Shown: positions 57,538-64,000 of the stretch, one piece after another
Numbering within the stretch: the first letter of the stretch is position 1
Layout: each line of letters begins with the position of its first letter
DNA from: an uncultured Verrucomicrobiae bacterium
GTDB taxonomy: Bacteria > Verrucomicrobiota > Verrucomicrobiia > Limisphaerales > Palsa-1400
Length of the DNA stretch: 64,000 nt
Reading direction: 5' to 3'
Assembly: GCA_963707025.1 (NCBI GenBank)
Contig: CAVPOM010000015.1
Coordinates: 1-64,000 of the forward strand
Position numbers and translations under genes: made by a program
Notes under the pieces: model-generated
Told to the model about the DNA's origin: nothing
What the model saw: the letters and a program-made list of their open reading frames with translations, nothing else
The model's database searches: none

Positions 57538-59814
57538 ATGCAAGCCCCAACCAACATCACCAACCCAGGCGCCAAAAGCCCCGGCGCGGCGCGGGACCGG
57601 CTCTTGGCGCTCGGATTGTTTGCGGCCGTGCTGCTGGCCTATCAGCCCGCTTGGAACGGGCAGCCGGTTTGGGACGATGACGCCCATCTCATCCCACCGG
57701 CCTTGCAGTCCTGGAAAGGCCTGGAAAATATCTGGTTTCAACCCGGAACCACCCCGCAGTTTTATCCGCTGGTTTCCAGTGTGTTCTGGCTGGAACAGAA
57801 GCTCTGGGCCTATGCCATGCCCGGCTACCACCTGGTCAACATCCTCCTCCATCTGGCCTCCGCCCTGCTGCTGGTCAAGGTCTTGCGCCGGCTGGAGGTG
57901 CCCGGGCCGTGGCTGGGCGCGGCGCTCTGGGCGCTGCATCCGGTGCAGGCCGAGTCGGTGGCCTGGATGTCGGAACTGAAAAACACCCTGTCGGGCCTGT
58001 GCTATTTCGCCAGCGCGCTGGCTTATCTGCGGTTTGACCGGGAAAGGAAGGCGGCGTTTTACCTGGCAGCGCTGGCTTTGTTCGGGGCCGGACTGCTGGC
58101 CAAGTCGGTCATTGCCACCTTGCCGGCGGCGCTGCTGCTGGTGTTTTGGTGGAAACGGAAAAAGCTGCGGTGGCACGAGGATATTCTGCCGCTGGCGCCG
58201 TTTTTTGTCGTGGGCATTGGCCTGGGATTGTTCACCGCGTGGCTCGAACGGACTTTCGTTATCGGATCGGCCCAGGCCGTCTCACCCCTTTCCCTCCTGG
58301 ACCGCCTTCTGCTCGCCGGCCGGGCCGTCTGGTTTTACCTTGGAAAACTGGCCTGGCCGCATCCGCTGATTTTCATTTATCCCCGCTGGGAGGTGAGCGC
58401 GGCCGTCTGGTGGCAATTCCTCTTTCCCGGCGCGGCGCTGCTCCTGGCGGCGGGATTGTGGCGTGGGCGGCGCCGTGCGGGGGTTGGGCCGCTGGTGGCG
58501 CTGCTCTTTTTTGCCGGGACCCTCTTTCCGGCGCTGGGCTTTTTTGATCTCTATCCATTTCGTTATTCGTTTGTCGCCGACCATTTTCAATATCTGGCCT
58601 GCCTGGGCCCGCTGGCCCTGGCGGCGGCGGCCATCGAGCGCGTCTTGCGCCGGGTGGCCCATCGAACCTCCATTTTGCAACCAACCTGTTGCGCGGCCTT
58701 GCTGGCGGTCCTGGGCGCGTTGACCTGGCTGCAATGCGGCCAGTATGCCGGCCTGGAAACCCTCTGGCGGGCCACTCTGGCCAGAAACCCAGGCTGCTGG
58801 ATGGCCCACGACAATCTCGGCAATGTACTGGCCCGCCAAGGAAATGTCCCCGACGCCATCGCCCAATTCCGGCAAGCCCTGGCCCTCAACCCTGCCGATG
58901 CCGAAGCCCATTACGACCTGGGCAGCGCGCTGACCCGGCGGGGAGACGCCGGGGAAGCCATCCGCCAATACCGGCAAGCCCTGGCCCTCAACCCCGGCTG
59001 GGCCGAGGCCCGCAACAACCTGGGCGTGACCCTGGCCCATCTCGGCCGCACCGAGGAAGCCATCGCCCAATACCGCCAAGCCTTGCAAACCAGACCCAAC
59101 GATGTCAGCACGATCAACAACCTGGCCAATGCCCTCTCCCAGCAGGGCCGCCTGGAGGAAGCACTCGCCCAATACCGCCGGGCCTTGCGCCTCGCCCCCG
59201 ACAATGCCGATGTCAACAATAACCTCGGCAAAGCCCTTCTCCGCACCGGGGATCTGGACGCGGCCATGGCCTGCCTCCAAAAAGCCGCCCCGCTGAGTCC
59301 GGACCCGGCGCAAAGATGGTATAACCTCGGCAACGACCTCCTTGAAAACGAGAATTGGGACCAGGCCATTGCCTGCTACGGCAAGGCCTTGTCCCTCCAG
59401 CCCCGCCTGGCCGACGCTCAGGCCAACCTCGGTCTGGCTTTCCTCAAGAATGGCCAAACCAACCAGGCCATTGCTTCATGGCAACTGGCTCTGGCCCTCC
59501 AACCCGGCCTGCTCAAAGTCCAGAACCGGCTGGCCTGGTTGCTGGCCACCGCCTCCGATGCCTCCTTCCGCGACGGCGCCAAAGCCGTCGCCCTGGCCGG
59601 GCAGGCCAATCAGTTGACTGCGGGCGGCGATCCCATCCTCCTGCGCACACTGGCCGCCGCCTATGCCGAGGCCGGGCGTTATGAGGACGCCGTCGCCACC
59701 GCCCGCAAGGCCCTCACCCAGGCCCAAGCGCAAAACAACGGCAAGCTGGCCGCCACACTGCAAGAGGAAATCAAACTCTTTCAGGCCGCCCGCCCCCTCC
59801 GTGAAACCCAATAG
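57538..59814 (+). CDS. TMTC-like GT-C membrane protein with TPR repeats (paralog of 9380)
   Basis: WDD loop, LHPVQAESVAWMSELKN, VADHFQYL, TPRs, AWLLAT...RDG.KAV C-terminus. Confidence 0.85.
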   Translation: MQAPTNITNPGAKSPGAARDRLLALGLFAAVLLAYQPAWNGQPVWDDDAHLIPPALQSWKGLENIWFQPGTTPQFYPLVSSVFWLEQKLWAYAMPGYHLVNILLHLASALLLVKVLRRLEVPGPWLGAALWALHPVQAESVAWMSELKNTLSGLCYFASALAYLRFDRERKAAFYLAALALFGAGLLAKSVIATLPAALLLVFWWKRKKLRWHEDILPLAPFFVVGIGLGLFTAWLERTFVIGSAQAVSPLSLLDRLLLAGRAVWFYLGKLAWPHPLIFIYPRWEVSAAVWWQFLFPGAALLLAAGLWRGRRRAGVGPLVALLFFAGTLFPALGFFDLYPFRYSFVADHFQYLACLGPLALAAAAIERVLRRVAHRTSILQPTCCAALLAVLGALTWLQCGQYAGLETLWRATLARNPGCWMAHDNLGNVLARQGNVPDAIAQFRQALALNPADAEAHYDLGSALTRRGDAGEAIRQYRQALALNPGWAEARNNLGVTLAHLGRTEEAIAQYRQALQTRPNDVSTINNLANALSQQGRLEEALAQYRRALRLAPDNADVNNNLGKALLRTGDLDAAMACLQKAAPLSPDPAQRWYNLGNDLLENENWDQAIACYGKALSLQPRLADAQANLGLAFLKNGQTNQAIASWQLALALQPGLLKVQNRLAWLLATASDASFRDGAKAVALAGQANQLTAGGDPILLRTLAAAYAEAGRYEDAVATARKALTQAQAQNNGKLAATLQEEIKLFQAARPLRETQ

Positions 59815-59937
59815 AGCGGTTTAAGAAATGATGTAGCCGAAACGAGGGAGGTAGGGCGCGCACTCCGTGCGCGCCGCGGCGGGCAGCGGAGTGCCCGCCC
59901 TGCCGCGTGCTGCGGCTACAGTTTTCTTGAAATGCTC
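59814..59937. mobile_element. 124-bp IS630-type MITE containing a GTAGGGCG...CGCCC REP-like core
   Basis: Ends GAGCGGTTTAAGAAATGATGTAGCCG and CGGCTACAGTTTTCTTGAAATGCTC; TA on both sides; ends resemble the IS630 TIRs. Confidence 0.78.
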
Positions 59938-60021
59938 TAGCCCGAGGGGCCGCCCGAGGGATCAGTCCTGGAGGGCTGCACAATTTCTTAAACGCCTTAA
60001 ACCATTCAAAGCGTTGCCGCC

Positions 60022-60242
60022 CAATCCCAACGGGATTGAATCTATCAGCCCAGTGTTGCGAGCAACGAGCTGCGCTGGGTGAAAAGACCGATGAACCACT
60101 ACCCTGAATAGGTTGAATCTCTTTCGTAAGCCTTTGTGGGGCAACCCATTCAGGGTATTGGAACTTGCCTGCAATAACCCAGGGTAGTCCCGCTCGGAAT
60201 CGGGCCAACCCTGGGCTATATGATTCAATCCCTTCGGGATTG
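60022..60242. repeat. ~220-bp composite palindromic REP-like element, copy 2
   Basis: Same termini and internal CCCAGGGT/ACCCTGGG motifs as 41881-42099. Confidence 0.85.
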
Positions 60243-60365
60243 AAGACCGGGCCATTTGTAGCGAGCGCAAAGCCGGCATGTTTTATCCACTGAGAACAGC
60301 GAAGAACCTGCGCAAGCCGCGCAAGTGGCTCATGATCAGGACCTTGCCAAAATCCGCATTTTCCG

Positions 60366-60393
60366 TTGACAACTTGTACTTAAATGCTATTCT
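60366..60393 (+). promoter_or_regulatory. Consensus-like sigma70 promoter
   Basis: TTGACA-16 nt-TATTCT with extended -10 TGn. Confidence 0.55.
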
Positions 60394-60773
60394 TGCCTGA
60401 GTTATGAGGGCGGTTTCTATGGAGCGCGGGAAGGCCGGGCCCGCTTTTGGATTGGGAGCGATTTGCAGAGAGCAAAGCGGTGCCGGCCCGTCGGCACACT
60501 CCAAAGCGTCAGCGGTTCCATGTCCAATCCCGGCCCTGCCGGGACCCCGAGGTTTCACCCCTCAAAATCCTGTGCCTCCCGTTCATCCTGTCTCCGAAGC
60601 AACCGTGCTGCGCCAATTTGTCGCACCCATGAATTCCTTATCGCTGTCGCCCCCTTCCCATCTTGCTTTTCCTGTCCACCGTCCTGTCCTCCGTAAGCCC
60701 TGTGGAGGAGGAAGGCCCGGCGAAGGTGGAAGGCCCTGCGGAGGAGGAGGATGCCTTCCGCATTTGTCCCCCG

Positions 60774-60821
60774 CCGGTCAAACCGGTCAAACCCGGTCAA
60801 ACCATTTTTTAACCTTGACCA
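60774..60821 (+). repeat. Triple GGTCAAAC tandem repeat element, copy 2
   Basis: CCGGTCAAACCGGTCAAACCCGGTCAAACCATTTTTTAACCTTGACCA. Confidence 0.8.
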
Positions 60822-60908
60822 TGCCCATCACTCCACCACTCCATCACTCCACCACTCCGTCCGGACTTCGGGGTTCGCATATTTCGCGGTTCAAAACCAC
60901 CGCCAGGT

Positions 60909-60976
60909 TTTCACTTCGATTTCACTTAATTTCACTTAATTTCAACCAGTTTCACCTAGTTTCACCTAATTTCGCT
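60909..60976 (+). repeat. Seven ~10-bp tandem repeats (consensus TTTCACYTAR), followed by a C/G-run palindrome
   Basis: TTTC starts at 60909, 60920, 60930, 60940, 60950, 60960, 60970. Confidence 0.85.
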
Positions 60977-61143
60977 TCCCGGCCCCCCGGGGGGACCCCC
61001 ATGCATCCAACGACATTGATCCTCAAATTCGCGGATTCCTCCCATTTTGCATTCTGCCTTCTGCCTTCTGCATTTTCTGCGCCCGCCGCTCCGCCGCATT
61101 TATTATTTTGCATTTTGCCTTTTGCCTTTAACATCCCGCGCAC

Positions 61144-62202
61144 ATGAAGCAGAAAGCGTATGCCGCCGCCGGCGTGGACATTGACCTGGGCAATAAAGTC
61201 AAAGCCGCGCTGCCCCGCTTGCTGGCCTGCACGCGCCGCCGCGAAGTGCTCGGCCAGGTGGGCGGCTTCGGCGGCCTGTTCGCCCTCGACACCAAAAAAT
61301 TCCGCCAGCCGGTCCTGGTGGCCAGCACCGACGGCGTGGGCACCAAGCTCAAGATCGCCTTCGCCATGAACCGCCACGACACCGTCGGCCAGGACCTGGT
61401 CAATCATTGCGTCAACGACATCGCCGTGCTGGGGGCGGAACCGCTGTTTTTCCTGGATTACATCGGCACGGGGACGCTGCGGCCCCATGTCTTCAGCCAG
61501 TTGATGGCCGGCTTCGCCCGCGCCTGCGCCGCCAATCATTGCGCGCTGCTCGGCGGCGAAACGGCGCAAATGCCCGGTTTTTACCGGCCCGGCGAATATG
61601 ATCTCAGCGGCACGATTGTCGGCGTGGTGGAAAAGGCGCGCATTCTCGACGGCAAAACCATCCGGCCCGGCGACGCCGTCCTTGGCCTGGCCTCCAGCGG
61701 CCTGCACACCAACGGCTATTCGCTGGCCCGCCGGATTTTGTTCGGGCGGTTGAAGCTCAAGCCGGGCAGCTTTGTGCGCGAACTGAACAACACGCTGGGC
61801 GGGGAGTTGCTCAAGGTGCATCTGAGCTACGGCCCGCTCCTGGGCAGGCTCCTGCAAAAGTTTAATCCGCCCGCGGCGCACGCCAGGCCGGCGGTCAAGG
61901 GTCTGGCCCACATCACCGGCGGGGGCTTTATTGACAACATCCCCCGCGTCCTCCCGCGGAACTGCGATGTGGTGGTGCGCAAAGGTTCGTGGGAGGCGCC
62001 GCCCCTGTTTGAATTGCTCCGCGCCAAAGGCGGGGTGGAGGAGGCGGAGCTTTATCAGGTCTTCAACATGGGCATCGGCATGACCGTCATTGTGGCCGCG
62101 GAGCAGGCCGGGGCGGCGCTGCGCTTTATCCGCGCCCAAAGACAAAGGGCCTGGTTGATTGGCCAAGTGGTCCCGGGCACGGGCCTGGCCCGGATGATTT
62201 GA
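61144..62202 (+). CDS. purM: Phosphoribosylformylglycinamidine cyclo-ligase
   Basis: YAAAGVDI, TDGVGTK, GGETAQMP, SSGLHTNGYSL, HITGGG, FNMGIG. Confidence 0.97.
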   Translation: MKQKAYAAAGVDIDLGNKVKAALPRLLACTRRREVLGQVGGFGGLFALDTKKFRQPVLVASTDGVGTKLKIAFAMNRHDTVGQDLVNHCVNDIAVLGAEPLFFLDYIGTGTLRPHVFSQLMAGFARACAANHCALLGGETAQMPGFYRPGEYDLSGTIVGVVEKARILDGKTIRPGDAVLGLASSGLHTNGYSLARRILFGRLKLKPGSFVRELNNTLGGELLKVHLSYGPLLGRLLQKFNPPAAHARPAVKGLAHITGGGFIDNIPRVLPRNCDVVVRKGSWEAPPLFELLRAKGGVEEAELYQVFNMGIGMTVIVAAEQAGAALRFIRAQRQRAWLIGQVVPGTGLARMI

Positions 62203-62217
62203 AGGGATGACAGCCGC

Positions 62218-63501
62218 ATGAGCATTTTTGAGGAACTGGCCTGGCGCGGTTTGGTGGCCGATTGCACCGACCGGGCGGAATTGCAAAAGCGGCTGGAGAC
62301 GCCCGTCACCCTTTACTGCGGCTTCGACCCGTCGGCGGACAGTTTGCATGTCGGCAACCTGGTGCCGCTGCTCGCCTTGCGCCGCTTTCAATTGCTGGGG
62401 CATCATCCCATCGCCGTGGCCGGCGGCGCCACCGGCTCCATCGGCGACCCCAGCGGCAAAACCGCCGAGCGCCAGCTCCTGAGCCAGGAAACACTCCAGG
62501 CCAACATCGCCCGCGTCAAGGAGCAGATGCGCCGCCTGTTGGATTTCGACGCCGCCGCCAATCCCGCCCGCCTCCTGGACAACGCCGACTGGACCCGCCC
62601 GGTCGGCTATCTGGATTTTCTGCGCGACATCGGCAAGCATTTTACTGTCAATCAAATGGTGGGCAAGGAGAGCGTGCGCGCGCGCATGGAGGACCGCGCC
62701 GCGGGCATCAGCTACACCGAATTCAGCTACATGCTCCTGCAAGCCTTTGATTTTTATCACTTGCGCCGGGAACTGGACTGCGAATTGCAAATCGGCGGCT
62801 CCGACCAGTGGGGCAACATCACCGCCGGCATTGATCTCATCCGCAAAAAACTCGGCGCCCGCGCCTGGTGCCTCACCACCCCGCTCATCACCAACGCCGA
62901 CGGCACCAAATTCGGCAAAACCGCCGCCGGCGCCGTCTGGGTGGACGCCGCCATGACCAGCGTCTATCGCTTCTTCCAGTTTTGGATCCGCACCGACGAC
63001 CGCGACGTGCTGCGTTACCTGAATTATTTCACCTTTCTAAGTCAAGACGAAATTTCCGCGCTGGCCGCGGAGCACGCCGCCCGGCCCGAAGCCCGCGCCG
63101 CCCACCAGGCGCTGGCCAGGGCCATGACCGGCCTGGTCCACGGCGCCTCCGCCGCGGCCGAGGCCGTGCGCGCGAGCGAGATTCTCTTTGGCGGCGGCCT
63201 GGAAGGCATTTCGGAAGGAACCTTCAACGAAATCGCCGGCGAAATTCCGGGCCGGGAAATTGCACGAGACAAATTCGGCGGCGCGGGCGCGCCGCTGGTG
63301 GAATTGCTCGTCCTGGGCGGCCTTTGCCCGTCAAAAGGCCAGGCGCGCAAGGACATCGAGGGCGGGGGCGTCTATGTCAACAATAATCGCGAAGCCAGTC
63401 CCCTGCGCCGCATCACCGCCGGCGACCTGCATTTTGGCAAACACCTTTTATTGCGCAAGGGCCGGAGAAACCATGTTGTCCTCACCGCCAAAACCCCTTG
63501 A
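62218..63501 (+). CDS. tyrS: Tyrosine--tRNA ligase
   Basis: YCGFDPSADSLHVGN, QIGGSDQWGNI, KFGKT, C-terminal S4 domain. Confidence 0.97.
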   Translation: MSIFEELAWRGLVADCTDRAELQKRLETPVTLYCGFDPSADSLHVGNLVPLLALRRFQLLGHHPIAVAGGATGSIGDPSGKTAERQLLSQETLQANIARVKEQMRRLLDFDAAANPARLLDNADWTRPVGYLDFLRDIGKHFTVNQMVGKESVRARMEDRAAGISYTEFSYMLLQAFDFYHLRRELDCELQIGGSDQWGNITAGIDLIRKKLGARAWCLTTPLITNADGTKFGKTAAGAVWVDAAMTSVYRFFQFWIRTDDRDVLRYLNYFTFLSQDEISALAAEHAARPEARAAHQALARAMTGLVHGASAAAEAVRASEILFGGGLEGISEGTFNEIAGEIPGREIARDKFGGAGAPLVELLVLGGLCPSKGQARKDIEGGGVYVNNNREASPLRRITAGDLHFGKHLLLRKGRRNHVVLTAKTP

Positions 63502-63799
63502 TGGGCGGGAAATGGTAAGAATGTTCAGGATCACCTTGGTCGCGGCGACCAATTATTACCAGGCGCGTTTCTGCCGTGCCATAGGCCAGTAAGCTCTCCG
63601 ACCGGCATTCCAACCGGCTTATTTGGGCAGGGCGGAAAGCAGGGCCAGGATGGCCTGCTGTTGCAGAAACTCAACATTGGCATAAGATGGGGCACCAGAC
63701 GGGAGCGGCACTCCACCTTTCTTGTCCAAGGCTTGCCTGGCGGGCTTACTCTTCCCGGCTGGGCGTTAACATAACTGAGCATTCGACGCCGAATCGGAT

Positions 63800-64000
63800 C
63801 TACACTTCCAGGCGATCGCCGGATCGGGCTACCAGCAGATAGAGGGCCGGCATGAGGAAAACGCTTATCAAAAGACGGGTGAAAAGTCCGCTCACGATCA
63901 CCAGCGCAAAGGGACGCTGGGAATCGGTGCCGACCCCCGTGGCCAGCGCCGCCGGCAACAGCCCCAGCGCCGCCACTAACGCGGTCATCATAATGGGCCG
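63800..64000 (-). CDS. 3' end of a CusA/CzcA-type RND efflux permease (partial)
   Basis: RPIMMTALVAALGLLPAA...QRPFALVIVSGL...PALY. Confidence 0.85.
   Translation of the reverse strand, partial: RPIMMTALVAALGLLPAALATGVGTDSQRPFALVIVSGLFTRLLISVFLMPALYLLVARSGDRLEV

Noticed and set aside
60404..61147. 247-aa ORF upstream of purM
   Set aside because: Translation is made of repeat-derived low-complexity segments with no recognisable domain

Overview
High-GC bacterial chromosomal DNA, most likely from Verrucomicrobiota subdivision 3 (Pedosphaera/Limisphaera-like). That assignment is an inference from gene families: GloVer-type repeats, an H-X9-DG prepilin, TMTC-like TPR proteins and a Zn-ribbon Ser/Thr kinase. 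Contents, left to right: a kinase and cysE; a giant S53 protease/Ig/propeller exoprotein followed by a TMTC-like GT-C/TPR gene; a minus-strand trio (Ig/OB-fold exoprotein, H-X9-DG pseudopilin, S1/P1-type nuclease) behind an 11-bp-phased Pho-box-like array; and a 21-gene flgB-to-flhA flagellar operon behind a sigma54-type promoter. The operon has no motAB, flhF/G, fliA, L/P-ring or filament genes in the window, and its FliM lacks the CheY-binding peptide. After it come an EmrAB-OMF efflux operon with an embedded cytidylate-kinase-like gene, an SPFH pair, LysR/pirin/WrbA/DoxX, GH2, an IS630, rhaB, dapA-dapB-folK, ICMT, a second TMTC-like gene, purM, tyrS and the 3' end of a CusA/CzcA gene. Three toxin-antitoxin loci keep the antitoxin but have lost or truncated the toxin. 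The intergenic DNA holds many MITEs, REP-like palindromes and helically phased 8-11 bp repeats. Four single-base frameshifts (flgC, fliO, emrA, folK) look like sequencing errors. I saw no rRNA, tRNA or CRISPR array. All calls come from motif recognition; no database searches were run.
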